Notes: a model not told the origin generated them from the letters alone. Shown: positions 13,801 through 27,516, counted from the stretch's first letter. The stretch is DNA of 64,000 bases from Paraspadella gotoi (GCA_051294375.1 CM119265.1:22134278-22198277), one strand, 5' to 3'. Translations and numbers: made by a program.

Positions 13801-16625
13801 CTCGCTTTCTCGCGTCCTCTGCGTTCTCTCTCGCATCTCCGTGTCTCTCGTCGTCTCTCTGCTCGTCTCTCTCTGCTCGGTGTTTACGCGTGTCCCACTT
13901 TTCCCTTCCTCTTTCTTGTCTTCTTCGCTGGTTTTTTGTTCGCGCGCCTTTTAATTGTCCCATCGCGCACGTTACCACCCCAACGAATCTCGTACGCGGC
14001 TCTCCTCCTGTTGTTTTATTTCCTGTTGTCGTCGGCAAAAACGATGTAGAGTTCGTCCGATCGAATCAAGTAGTTCAAAGGAAACGCGCCTCCAGGTCAG
14101 GGAAACGAACGAGAACGACGACGACGACGATCGACGAACGACGACGACGCGAGCGACGAACGAGCGACGACGGTACGACGAGCGACGACGACGAGCGACG
14201 CGACGACGACGACGACGACGACGACCGAAAAAAAAAACATTTTTGGGAGCAAAAAGAACAGAATACGGAATAAAGGATTAACCGCAGGATGAATGACGGA
14301 CATGGCGTTTACGTTGATGGATGTATTCGATGAATATGAGGAGCGACGGACGTACGGATGGCAACAATGGACGATGAATACGGACGAAGATTACAATCGC
14401 GACAACCGGCGGAAGAGAGGCGATGAACGATGAACTATGAACGATTTGTGATCCGAAGACAAGTTGCGAAACGATTTTAAAGAATAATGAAAAATTGTTG
14501 AAAGAAATTTTTCTAAAGGAACGAACTCTGAATAAAGCAAATTTGCAAAAAAAAGGGTTTGACAGAATTGGAAATTAGTATTATGGATTTTATTAACACA
14601 CGAGTTGTGAAAGAAGGGTAGTCCGCAGGATTGGGCGTCCCAGTATTATTGGGCCCCTTAAATTGCGCCCCAAAGGATTGCAACCCACGTACAGCATTGC
14701 GCACCACATAGAATTGGCAACCAATTAGTATTCCGCCCCACGTAAGAATTGCGCCCAAACATGGGACTTACACGCCCCTGTAGGATTCCGCCCGACGTAA
14801 AATTGCGCCCACTATAAGACTGCCGCCCGTAGAATTGGCGCCCATAGTATTGCGGCCCAGAACAAGGATTGTAGCCCCTGTTTGGATTCGACCAAGGACC
14901 CAACTTAGCCATTGGGTGCCCCCGAAGGATTGAGCCATAGTATTGCCCGCCCCATGAGAATTGAACCGCACCATAGGATTGGGCCCACGTAGGATTTCCG
15001 CCCACCTAGGATTCCCGCCCACGAATAGGATTGGGCCGCATGTAGGATTCCACCCATCTAGGATTCATCCACATAAGGATTTCGTCGCCAATAGGTATTA
15101 TTGGCCCACATAGGATTGGGCCCATATAAACCATGTAGTATTGCACGCTACATGGGAATACTGTGAATATTTCCCTTTCTCTTCATCTCTTTTTTTTTAT
15201 ATTTTTAAAAAAATTGTTGAGATTATCTTTTATAATGTTTATTTAATCATAATCATTGCATTTGATAATTTAGAAAATAGGTTTCTGTGGGCGCATAATT
15301 TTTTCTTAATTTTACGCAAGAAGAATTTTAAAAGTTATAATTATATTTTTTTATTTAATTTTTTGTGCTCTATCAGAATCCATGCAAAATAATCTAGTGA
15401 TTTATTTTTTTAAAAAATATCATTATATTAGTAATATCGTAAATTTTGTTTAGCAAAGTAAGAAAGAGGTCTATCTTAGGTTAGGTTGAACTTGTTTTTT
15501 ACGTGGGCGCGAAGCATCAGGGCCTGCACTCCTACATGGGTCCTCGCAATCCTACGTGGGACCAATCATATGTGGGCCTAATTTGTATGTGGGGCCCAAT
15601 TGCCTACGTGGGCACGCAATCATATGTGGGCCGGAAATTATATGTGGGCGCGCAATTGTATGTGGGCCCAATCCTACTGGGTTGCAAATCTATGGGCGCA
15701 ATCCGATGGGCGGCAGAACGCTACACGGGTTCAGATTATACCTGGGCCCAATCCCTTTTGGGTCGCAATCCTATGGGGCGCAATTCTTGTGGGTGCAACG
15801 CTCCCTAAAGTGGGCGCAATTCTACTGGGCGGAATAATATGTGGGCGAATACTACGTGAGGCGCAATCCTAATTGGGCGCAATTCTAGCATGGGCACGAT
15901 CCTGCGGGTGTAATTTAGTAAGTGGGCGCAATGCTGTGGGCGCAATTTTTTCTGGGCGCAATCCTACGTGGGACAATCCTTAATGGAACCGCGTTCGTTT
16001 AATATTTTTTCTTTCTGTCATCTAATATATATTATTTATTATTGTTATTATTATTTATTATATTGCCAATGCTCTTTTCCAAGCGTTCCATAGGATTGTA
16101 GCCCACGTAGGATTGCGCGCCAGAAAATTTGCGCACCACAGCATTGGCGCCCACTTATAATTACACCCGCAGGATTGTGCCGCATTCGTAGAATTGCGCA
16201 CAATTATGGAATTGCGCCTCCGTAGTAATTCGCGCCCACAATATTATTATTCCGCCCAGTAGAATTGCGCCCACTTAGGATTGCACCCACACGAATTGGC
16301 GCCGGCATAGGATTGGCGCGCCAAAGGATTGGGCCCAGGTATAGATTGAACCCGGTGTAGGTCTGGCGCCATATTATATAAAGACGGTATTAGCATGATT
16401 GAGAAATGAGGATTGCTAAAAAAGAAAAGAAGGAAAAACAGATCAAATTGAAAAAAAAGTGGCGGGAAAAAAATTACAATAGATCCTTTATGATTTTATC
16501 TGAACGAAAAAGATATAAAAATAGAAGGGAAAGAGGAAACAGATATAATGGTTACGGAAAAGGGGAAGGATTAAGATTGATAGATGATAGCGCAAGACAT
16601 TTAATGTTGGATTATGCGTTGTTAT
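10815..16625. other. Noisy second copy of 4694-10430 (probable uncorrected long read or alternate haplotype)
   Basis: Collinear with 4694-10430 but carries dense 1-2 nt insertions that frameshift the copied E-protein exons. It lacks about 7170-9625 and has an extra repeat element at 14617-16370. Confidence 0.85.
14617..16370. mobile_element. Foldback-like non-autonomous element with arms of ~17-bp subrepeats (gtgggcgcaatcctac)
   Basis: Arm 14617-15155 reads taggattgcgcccac-type, then an AT-rich spacer 15155-15500, then arm 15500-15990 in the opposite orientation. 16082-16370 is the reverse complement of about 15710-15992. The element is absent from the equivalent site near 10105. Confidence 0.7.
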
Positions 16626-16884
16626 GAATCATGTTATAGATGACGCTTTATGATGTTGTGATTCTTTTGTCATTAAAACGCGATTAAATTTTCGAACGTT
16701 GAACTTACTCAACAAACGATTTCTCATAATAGAATACTTTAAGGCCCAACCGTGCGACAAAAGCAATCGTATGCTTTCGCTGTTCCAGCTTGTCTCGTGG
16801 CTGGTTCTATGCCGACGACGACGAGGACGACAACCAAGAAGACTGGTGCCGACTGCAGGACAAGAAGTTTTTTTTAAAACGAAT

Positions 16885-17034
16885 ACTATTATATTTATTA
16901 TTTATTATTATTATTGATAATTCTATATTATTATTATTATTATTTATTATTATTATAATTATTATATTATTATTATTATTATTATTAATTAGTTATTATT
17001 ATTTATATATTTTTTATTAGATTATATATTTAGA

Positions 17035-17065
<31 letters not shown>
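16885..17065. repeat. (ATT)n microsatellite
   Basis: Directly visible imperfect att/tat array next to a 25-N gap (17099-17123). Confidence 0.9.
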
Positions 17066-17066
<1 letters not shown>

Positions 17067-17189
17067 ATCAATTTACGAGGCATGATTTTTCAAAAAAANN
17101 NNNNNNNNNNNNNNNNNNNNNNNATCAAAATTAACTTTTATCCTTTTTTATATATTTATACTAATTTAAATATGGAATCCCATCCGCAC

Positions 17190-18374
17190 CTTGATCGTTT
17201 TTCCGATCGAGTTGGTGTCCGAGTTGAATGTGATGTTGATGATGCTGGTGCTGATGCTGCTGATGGTGATGGGGTTTGAGGTGGTGTTCGGAGACGAAGG
17301 GTTCCAAGTGATGCGTCGTCGGAGGAAGAGGCGACTCCAGATCTCCGAAGCTTTGGCGACAGTGGCTCGTCGAAGACGACGACGACGGCGTCGATTGTGG
17401 AGGGTAGAACTGAAATCAATCGAAGAATTCGATCATTACCGGTACGGCGGCCTTGTGGCCTAATGGAGAAGGCGTCGGCCTCCGGAGCCGAAGATTGTGG
17501 GTTCGAGTCCCATCAAGGTCGGTTATTACTTCTTTTTTTTCGAGTCCTTCGAGATAAAGGTCTCATTGATTTGCTATTTTCTTACCATGGCGTTTTGATG
17601 AGTAAATGAGTTTGAGTTGAAATCTGGAAAGTAATTCGCGGCTGCTGCGGCTGCTGCAGCCGCCGCCTCCGGATGGAAAGGGTGAGTTCGCGAATCCAAC
17701 CCTACCGAGAAAAAAATCGATATTTTAAACAAAGTGTAGTTTAGTAGATTACTGATTGCTGAAGCAGTTTATTTTTAAGAATATTATGTAATAAAAATGG
17801 CGGAAATTTATATTTTATTTTTGGCTTATTCCTAATAGATCAAAAAGATCAGCTTCTCAGCAACCGGATAAGGTTATCTCTTTCTCCGTTTCCTTATTAG
17901 TTTTATTAATTTTTATTCCCTTCCTGTTTTATCCCCTTTATTTATAATGTTGTTGTTTATTATTATTTGGAAGATATCTAAATTTAGGCGAGTTTACTTA
18001 TTCGAATTCTTACCTTCGGGCGGCGACAACGCGTCGTGATTCTGAGGTAAGTACGAAATTGCCTGCGCGTGCATCGACGGCGTCGCCGGCGTCGAGGGAA
18101 AAGACGCCATGGGATAACCGGCGCCGCCGAAATGCGATCCGGCGTTGAAGTCCGCATCGTTGGCGTGCTGAGGGAACGCCGACAATCCCGTCGTCGGATG
18201 ACCGGCGCCGCGTTGGGTCGACGACGCCGAAGAAGAAGTCGCGTTGAAAGCGGCGCTGACGCCCAAACTAAGCGGCGCGCCACCGGAAACGCCGAGAATG
18301 GCGCCGGCGGAAGACGTGGAGCCGAACTGAGTCCCGGCGCCCCACATGTCGATTTGGGCGGAAGGATTCAGTCG
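17190..18374 (-). CDS. Upstream low-complexity coding exons, probably the N-terminal part of the E-protein gene
   Basis: Phase-compatible GT-AG exons 18014-18374, 17586-17701, 17190-17409 give ...MWGAGTQFG...LSPPEGLDSRTHPFHPEAAAAAAAAANYFPD...NAMFYPPQSTP...HHHQQHQHQHH. Same strand as the bHLH exons; linkage to them is inferred. Confidence 0.6.
17449..17521 (+). tRNA. trnR-CCG: tRNA-Arg(CCG)
   Basis: 73 nt, GGCCTTG...CAAGGTCG acceptor stem, A box TGGCCTAATGG, anticodon arm TCGGC-CT-CCG-GA-GCCGA, T arm TGGG-TTCGAGT-CCCA, and an oligo-T Pol III terminator at 17533-17540. Confidence 0.95.
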
Positions 18375-20445
18375 CTGTTTTAATGATCAGAAGACGATGC
18401 AAAGAAATATTCTGTTAAGAATTTCTGAAAAATTTGAATAAATACTAGTATAACAAATAAAACTTAAAGTGACTTTGTTTTAAAGCCAACTTTTAAAATT
18501 TTAAAGCCACGCCTTTGCGGTTCTCTCTCTCTCTCTCTTTGTGGTCGTCTCTCTCTCTCTGCTCTCNNNNNNNNNNNNNNNNNNNNNNNNNNNNNNNNNN
18601 NNNNNNNNNNNNNNNNNNNNNNNNNNNNNNNNNNNNNNNNNNNNNNNNNNNNNNNNNNNNNNNNCTCGCCTTGCTTCGATTTCAACTTGAGATATGAAAA
18701 CGAGCGTTTTGGTTCAGAAATCCGAGAAACCAACGATGTTATTTTTTAATTTCGATTTTTCGTTCGATTTTTCGAAAGGAGGATTTTTTTTCTTTTGTTT
18801 TTGTTTTAGAGGCGAGTTAAAAACAAAATAGCAATATACGGAAAGTTTATCGTAAAATCTGATTAATGTCAAGTTGTGTTTCCGCAGTTTAGACAACTGA
18901 GATATTAACATTTTAGGCTTGGTTGTTTTCTAAAGAAATTGAATGTAAACCACGTTTTCTAAAACTATTTTTGGTCGAAATTCCGAAAACACCCCTCGAT
19001 TGAAATCGCCCCGCGGAAAGATAAATGTCCCAAAAAACAAAAGGCAAAGTTGGCGAGTAAGCGATGTACTNNNNNNNNNNNNNNNNNNNNNNNNNNNNNN
19101 NNNNNNNNNNNNNNNNNNNNNNNNNNNNNNNNNNNNNNNNNNNNNNNNNNNNNNNNNNNNNNNNNNNNNNNNNNNNNNNNNNNNNNNNNNNNNNNNNNNN
19201 NNNNNNNNNNNNNNNNNNNNNNNNNNNNNNNNNNNNNNNNNNNNNNNNNNNNNNNNNNNNNNNNNNNNNNNNNNNNNNNNNNNNNNNNNNNNNNNNNNNN
19301 NNNNNNNNNNNNNNNNNNNNNNNNNNNNNNNNNNNNNNNNNNNNNNNNNNNNNNNNNNNNNNNNNNNNNNNNNNNNNNNNNNNNNNNNNNNNNNNNNNNN
19401 NNNNNNNNNNNNNNNNNNNNNNNNNNNNNNNNNNNNNNNNNNNNNNNNNNNNNNNNNNNNNNNNNNNNNNNNNNNNNNNNNNNNNNNNNNNNNNNNNNNN
19501 NNNNNNNNNNNNNNNNNNNNNNNNNNNNNNNNNNNNNNNNNNNNNNNNNNNNNNNNNNNNNNNNNNNNNNNNNNNNNNNNNNNNNNNNNNNNNNNNNNNN
19601 NNNNNNNNNNNNNNNNNNNNNNNNNNNNNNNNNNNNNNNNNNNNNNNNNNNNNNNNNNNNNNNNNNNNNNNNNNNNNNNNNNNNNNNNNNNNNNNNNNNN
19701 NNNNNNNNNNNNNNNNNNNNNAGTTAGGTAGAAAAAGAGAGGGAAGAAAGAGTTGAACTAGATAGGAGAAAAGTAAGAAGAAAGAGAGAGGGAAAAGATT
19801 GAAGAGATAAGAGAAAGAGATATGAGAAAGAGAGGAGTCCAAAAATCTAAAAAAGAGGGAGGGGGAAAGAGAGTATGATTAGCATCGCGAATAAAAGAAG
19901 AATCAAGAAAAAGACACCAAATTTTTTTTCGGGGTTTCAAAATGTGTGATGATTTTATTTTTCGTTCATAAACTGATTTATGTGTCGATGAGATAGATTT
20001 CATATTTTTGTGTCTTTCAGCAAATTTTTAGTGTTTAAGAGATTTAAGAGATTTCACCTTTTTCGTAATACAAAACATTGGATATTATGAAAAAGATTTA
20101 TTTGTTTGAGCTTTGTACATGAAAAATTACGCGAGAATTAATGACTAATTTTAACTGTCATATTACGCAAAATATAATTTATAATGGTAATTATTTAAGC
20201 ACCGAGATATATTTCGGAACTAATTTTGTTAAAATAATTCATAAAACTAATTCCGATTCATTAAACCAATCATTTTTTCATTAAAGTTACATTCAGATCT
20301 GAAATAGTCACGTGACCTCGTCGCCGACTTCAAACAAAAAATCTTCTCAAAAGTTTTCTTTGTTTTTTCCCAAATTTCGAAAAGATGCGCGAAAAGGGAG
20401 AAAAAATGGAGGGACCAGAAAATCGTACAATGAAAAACAGAGAGA

Positions 20446-20498
<53 letters not shown>

Positions 20499-21140
20499 AA
20501 AGAATTCAATTTAAGACTGGAGGAATTAAGGCTTTACTATTAACAATATCGATTTAAATTCGGGAGCAGAAAGTACTTAATGCACTTTAATTCATGACAT
20601 GACATGACAAATAAAAACAAATAAAAAATAAATTAATGAAATGATGAATAATTCTTTTTTTTTTGGAAAACAGAGGCGCTGCCAAGAAACAAATAAAAAA
20701 GATCCTTGGAATTTTTTCAAATATTAAATTTTAAATTTGTTTTCGATGGATATTTAGGCTATTGATAATTGAATAATAAAGCTACAGATAACACTTATAT
20801 GTAAATAATTTTTGCAAATAACTTGAACAGTAAAGAAGAATTAAATTAATTAATTAATCGATACTAAGTCAGTGACTTGTAGACAAACCCGTACAGTACA
20901 ACCTCCTCGTCAGGGATCCTCGGTGGCCAAAGTAAAAAAGGAAAAAAAAAACGAAAACAGTTTAGAGGAGAAAATGAATAAAATTCACGGAAATTAAATT
21001 TCGGCCTCAAAAATCCGACGAATATAAAAAGGTAAATTCATTAGGAGGCCATAACAACAACGACAACAACGACGACGACCCCTGGGCGAAAATTAAGAAA
21101 TGTGTTTTCGACTCTTAAAGTAGTACGAGCGCCTCCTACC

Positions 21141-21193
<53 letters not shown>

Positions 21194-21661
21194 CTCTCTC
21201 TTCTCTCTGCGTAGAGGAGCTTCCCACGAATCACCCCCTTTACGCGGCGCCCCCGTTGCACCCCCTCTACGGGCCCCCCGCCATCCTCTTCGCCCAAACA
21301 TCGCGACGATGGGAATCGCGGGCGACCAGTAGGTGGGGAGAGCGCGGTTTGAAGAAAGAAGGGTGGGGTTACAGGAAGGTGAATGAGAAAAGGGGGTTCA
21401 TCTCTCTCTTTTCGTCTCTCCTCCCCTTCTCTGTTCCCTCTTTTCCGTTAAAAAATTAAATAAGCGGAGAGCAGAGAGACGAGAGAGACGCAGAGCAGAG
21501 AGAGAGAGAGCAGAGAAGAGATAGAGACTTTAAAAAAAATCTAAAGAAAAAGCTTCTCTCTCCTTCAAATTCGAGTCTGGTTTTCATCAAATTTTCCAGC
21601 ACAAAACTCGATTTTCGCTTTAATCCCCTTTGCGCCCCGGAGCAAAAAAAATTAAAAAAAG

Positions 21662-21665
<4 letters not shown>

Positions 21666-21754
<89 letters not shown>
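21666..21754. repeat. (CT/AG)n microsatellite; similar arrays at about 20450-20492, 30346-30430, 45387-45463, 61504-61575
   Basis: Directly visible. Several N gaps are flanked by AG/CT runs. Confidence 0.95.
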
Positions 21755-21758
<4 letters not shown>

Positions 21759-24700
21759 CACGTTAGAGTTAGAGCGAGAGCGATCGGCGAAATTTCAATC
21801 TTGAAAAAAAAAGTTAAGGTTGAGATACCGAAGAGAGACAACTCGGGAGAGAGAATGAGAAACTGAGTGTGAGATTGAGACAGAGTTATAGAGAGACAGA
21901 GACACTAAAACAGCTCTGGTCGTTTAAGGTATGAAAGAAATAGGACTTGGTTTGTCATCAATGATGGCAAAGTTAGTACATATATCATGTAAATTTTATA
22001 TATCATAATTAGAAACATAGGACTTGTTTACTCCTGGATTTGACAAATGTTTGAGGCGAAATTAATTGATTTTCGATAAATTTTAAATTTTACTAAGGAT
22101 TTGGAATATGTTCGGATCAAAGACCAAAAGTATTTTTGACAGAATAATTTTGTAGAATAACATTTTCATATTTCCATCTCACTAAAATAATCAAGATAAA
22201 GCTTACATTAATAGTATATATTAATATTATTATATTTTTAATTGTTGTTTTCCTTTCTTTTCGTTGGTTGAAGTTAGCAAGAGAAATATTTGATTTTTCA
22301 CAACGAATTTTTTTTATTTCACATTACAGACATGTTTCGAATTCGTTTTACACTGATGATGAATAGAACAACTATTCGAAACATGTCTGTAAAAAAAATC
22401 AATATTTTCTCTTGCTATATTTTTAATATAATATTAGTAAATTTCGTAATTTCAACGTCCCTCGGTTTTTTTCGGTACGAATGCAAAGTTATGCAAATTG
22501 CTTCCCCGTCGCCGTCGACATCCTTTGAAAATCGAGTTCACAACATAAGAGGAAAAAAAAAAGGAAGAAAAATCTTTCGTTTTCTCTTCCTTGTTTTTCT
22601 CGCCTCCTTCTCTTCTTCTTCTTCTTCTTCTTCTCTCTGAGAATCACCTCCTCCTCCTCCAACTCTTCCTCCTCCTCCTTTCCTTCCTCTCTTTCCTTTC
22701 CTCCTTTTTCTCATAATCCAGCTCAGAATTCTCGGACGAGAAAAAAAATAAAATGAAACACCAGCGGCGGCTCTCTCTTTTTTTTTCCTTCGTTTTTTTT
22801 TGTGCTTCACTGATAAAAAAATATATTGGAGAAGATAATTAATGAAAATTAATTACATAAAAAAAAATCACGATTTTGCAAAAAAACAAAACAAAACAAA
22901 AAAAACAACCAAAAAACCCAAAAAAAACAAAAAAACACGAGAATTAAAAATAAAAAAAATCAATTTTTTTTTAAATTAAAAGAAGTGGGGCTACATATTG
23001 CGTTAACGAGGAATAAATCAAATAATATAACTATTCTTTTTAAAATCGCATGATTGTCCGCAAAATCGGATCCGCCTTTATTAACAGCGTTTGATTTTTA
23101 ACTTGTTTACTAGTATAAACTAAGTTTTAAAATTGTATACCATGTTATTGCTTCTCTTTTTTTCGAAATTATTTTGCGTCGCTAATTTTTCTCTTCAACC
23201 AAAACTGCTTGTGGAAAAGGCCCCTGACCTTTGCGATTCCGTGCCACGTCGGCCAAAAACCGCCCATACAAACGTCCGAGGGGGGCGACGGGGCGTAGCT
23301 TGCCCTTCAAAATTCACTCGGTCTCCCCGTGAGCTGCGTTTATGTTTTCTCCTTTAGAAAAGGTTTTTTTTTTCTCTTGTGGTTAAAAACGAAAAGTTTG
23401 GGCGAATATCGTTTTTTAAAGTTCAGTGGAGAAACTTTCTCAATAGGGAATACTGGGAAGGAGAATAAAGTATTGGAGAATGCTGCGTGGCAGATAAGAA
23501 AAGCGAAACAGAGATAATTAAAAGAAGTATCGTAAAGGGTTATCAGAAAAGAAAATAAAAAAGAGGAGAAAGGAAAATAAAGTATAAAAAAGGACAATAG
23601 TAAAGTTCGTCTATTTAAACCGAAACATGGAAGGGGAAANNNNNNNNNNNNNNNNNNNNNNNNNNNNNNNNNNNNNNNNNNNNNNNNNNNNNNNNNNNNN
23701 NNNNNNNNNNNNNNNNNNNNNNNNNNNNNNNNNNNNNNNNNNNNNNNNNNNNNNNNNNNNNNNNNNNNNNNNNNNNNNNNNNNNNNNNNNNNNNNNNNNN
23801 NNNNNNNNNNNNNNNNNNNNNNNNNNNNNNNNNNNNNNNNNNNNNNNNNNNNNAGAGAGAGAGAGAGAGACTTAGTAAAAGAGACAGCTGCCTCTGTTCT
23901 CTATAAACTCCGGATCAATTAATCGAACTTACTTTCTCTTACTTTCCTAGTTTTTAAAATACTTCTATTTTATATTTTTTTGTTATATTTTATTTTTTGC
24001 TCAAACATTGTCTACTGTATAAATCAGACCACTTGACTGTAAATTCAATTCTCTTCAAATTTCTTCATCTCATCTCTTTTTTTCCTTTTCCTCTTATTTT
24101 CCTCCTTTTTTACAAGAATCACTTTTCTTTTCCTCATCTTCATCCTCTTTCAGCTTTACTTCTTCTTTCTCTTCTTCTTTCTCCCTCTCCCTCCTTTCTT
24201 CCTTCCTCCCTTCCTTGCTTCTTTCCTTTCTCCCTCTCCCTTCTTCCTTCTTTCCTCCCTTCCCTTCCTTCCTTCCTCCCTTCCCTTCCCTTCCTTCCCT
24301 TCCCTTCCTTCCTCCCTCCCTTCCTTCCTCCCTTCCTCCTCTATGCCCTCCCGAGTTTCCGGTGGTGAAAAGATTGATGCTTGAGAAAAAGCTGTTGAGC
24401 TCGTCGTCGTCGTCGTCTTCGTCGTCGTCGTCTTCTGTTCATATGTGCGGAGCTTCTCTTAAGCGTTAGTCTTTTCGCGCCATAAACGTCGTCGTCCGGA
24501 CGCGGTCTCTCTCGTCGGCGCCGCTCCGGTTCTGAGTGTCAGGAATGCAATTGCGAGGCTGTTACGTCGCCGCGGTGCCAACCGATTTTTTTATTTTCAC
24601 GGAGCCAAGATATTCGGTCTTTTGTTGAATTCGACGGGTGATGGGCTATTTTAAAGTCAAGGACGCGTTTGGGGGAATTTATAGTCTAGTTCATAGTCCA

Positions 24701-26092
24701 GTTTCTAACGCGGGTTTCGTTAAAAATGCTAGAAATGGTCATTCTTCAGGTGGCTAACCATGTTGTTTTGGGTTCATGTTGATTTGTGAAACAAAGCAGC
24801 TCGACCTGTATTATATTCGTTTATCTAGAACTTTTGAATGTTAAAAATTTGAAAATCTGTGAATCTAAAAATTTATATCCGGACCGATTTTTCTCTTTTT
24901 ATACTTTTATCATATTTACTATATTTACTACAATACGTATTGTACTAGCACTTAGGCTTAGAAGAAGCATTAACCTGATTCAGCGAAAAAAAAAACGAGA
25001 GATGCTCATCAAAAAAATCCATTTCTGCTTCTCCTCCTCCTGCTCCTCCTGCTCCTCCTGCTCCTCCTCCTCCTCCTCCTTATAATTCCAAATGCAAATG
25101 AAGTAAATTCGCTGAATTTATTGGCAAATGAATGAGAAAACGTTTCTTGTTTAAATTAAAATGAAATCATAATTTATTCTGTAAAGTCGAAACTTAATGT
25201 GCGTAAAAATTTAATAAATTTAGTATGGATGTTTAGCATTTAAGTAAACTAATAAAAAAAGAAATTTCGACTTTGTTTATCTGAGTAAAAAATTCCATTA
25301 AGACACCCGATTTATCTTATTCGTAGGAATCATAAATCAGAATGGCGCTGCAATAACATTAAACTTTGCAGTACGATTCATTTGTGATAATGGCAGAGAG
25401 AGNNNNNNNNNNNNNNNNNNNNNNNNNNNNNNNNNNNNNNNNNNNNNNNNNNNNNNNNNNNNNNNNNNNNNNNNNNNNNNNNNNNNNNNNNNNNNNNNNN
25501 NNNNNNNNNNNNNNNNNNNNNNNNNNNNNNNNNNNNNNNNNNNNNNNNNNNNNNNNNNNNNNNNNNNNNNNNNNNNNNNNNNNNNNNNNNNNNNNNNNNN
25601 NTGGCTGCGAATTGAATCGAAGAGAAATAAATGGTGAGGAATGGAGCCGAATGGCGAGAAGTGGCAGAAGCAGATCGAAATAAAATGGAAACGACTGGCA
25701 GAGAAACGGTGAAAGAAATGGAACAAGAACTGGCAACGGAATGGCAAACGGCATGGCGCCTCGTTAAAGGTGAAGGCTAAAAAAGAGTCTGGGATCAGGA
25801 CTCGAATCGCCCAGAGAATCTAATCGCGTCGAGTGGATTTGTTGTTCGCAATTCGACCGCTTGAGGCGCTGATGACGATGACGACGAAGGGTCGATGACG
25901 ACCACGAAGATGATAATGACCGTTGCCCACAGCATGGCTATTGCCATTGCCATTGACAAATGCACTTGTCTGAGGCGAGGTTGTGGTTGATGTTTATGTA
26001 ATTTATCAAAAACGTTCAATTTGAAATAAAAGGCTTATAGACATTGTTATGATGATGATTGAGATTGTAATCATCTCTTTGGAAACAAACCA

Positions 26093-26141
<49 letters not shown>

Positions 26142-27516
26142 CCCATTCTCCGCGGATCGAGACCGCCTTTTCATTCCGAACACGATTTTTTTTTCTTTGT
26201 CCTCTTTGTCCTCTTTGTCGCCCTCGTCACCTCGACATCGACAAAAGCGTCCTCGCTTCTTTGTCCATTTTAGGGTTCGTGACGTCGTGACGACGCCGAT
26301 TGGAGCCGGTCCTCTTCGGGTCATCTTAGATCCACTCCAGGTCTCCTCCAAGGTCCCCTCCCGGTCTTCCCATTTCGCTTCCCCACTCAACTNNNNNNNN
26401 NNNNNNNNNNNNNNNNNNNNNNNNNNNNNNNNNNNNNNNNNNNNNNNNNNNNNNNNNNNNNNNNNNNNNNNNNNNNNNNNNNNNNNNNNNNNNNNNNNNN
26501 NNNNNNNNNNNNNNNNNNNNNNNNNNNNNNNNNNNNNNNNNNNNNNNNNNNNNNNNNNNNNNNNNNNNNNNNNNNNNNNNNNNNNNNNNNNNNNNNNNNN
26601 NNNNNNNNNNNNNNNNNNNNNNNNNNNNNNNNNNNNNNNNNNNNNNNNNNNNNNNNNNNNNNNNNNNNNNNNNNNNNNNNNNNNNNNNNNNNNNNNNNNN
26701 NNNNNNNNNNNNNNNNNNNNNNNNNNNNNNNNNNNNNNNNNNNNNNNNNNNNNNNNNNNNNNNNNNNNNNNNNNNNNNNNNNNNNNNNNNNNNNNNNNNN
26801 NNNNNNNNNNNNNNNNNNNNNNNNNNNNNNNNNNNNNNNNNNNNNNNNNNNNNNNNNNNNNGTCGTAAGAGGATAAAGCTGCTGACTCTCAGTGCGGTGG
26901 CCACCAGCGAGCGCTCTGCTGTCGATAGCTGAGCCGCTAATTTCATGCTTATTAAATTGAACCGGTTTAAAACAGCATTTTGTATTTTTAGTTGTTTTTT
27001 TTTTTACAGCTGAATAATTTTTAGTAGCACATTAGTACGACCGACCTATGAAATGAAAGAAAACGAAAGTAATTTTGGAAAATATCACGAGATTTTTAAT
27101 TTTTTGTGCGATATGGAAAAGTATTTTTTATACACTTTTTAGATTTAACCATACCTATTTATTCTATAATTTACTAATATTTTTTTTATTTTAACTACGA
27201 TTCATTCAACATCATGGTCTAAACATCTTTGTTCTTGCTTTCTCTCTCTCGCCTTTCTTCCTCTTTGTGGTTCGTAGGGCGACCAAATTTGACCAAGCTC
27301 GACCAAGTGGTCAGACCTTTATACTCTTATTGTGTTCCATATTACCATCGTTTGATTATTAAACCTCGTATTGGTTGTTTGACCTCAGATTATCATACAA
27401 AATCTCAATAAGCTAAAATTTCAAAATTCGAAACAAACTTACTACATATTTTTCTTAATCAAAGTTTCAGTCTTCCCAATTTATCGCAACAATCCATACA
27501 TCCATACATATATACG

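Noticed and set aside
14617-16370. CRISPR-like array or Gly/Pro-rich ORFs
   Set aside because: Units are contiguous ~17-bp repeats without unique spacers, the context is eukaryotic, and the ORFs are repeat translations.
18464-26946. Long ORFs containing X, RE/LS runs or Pro/Ser/Phe low complexity
   Set aside because: They are products of N gaps and microsatellites. GC-rich patches at 24350-24560 and 26140-26390 may be exons but cannot be assigned.
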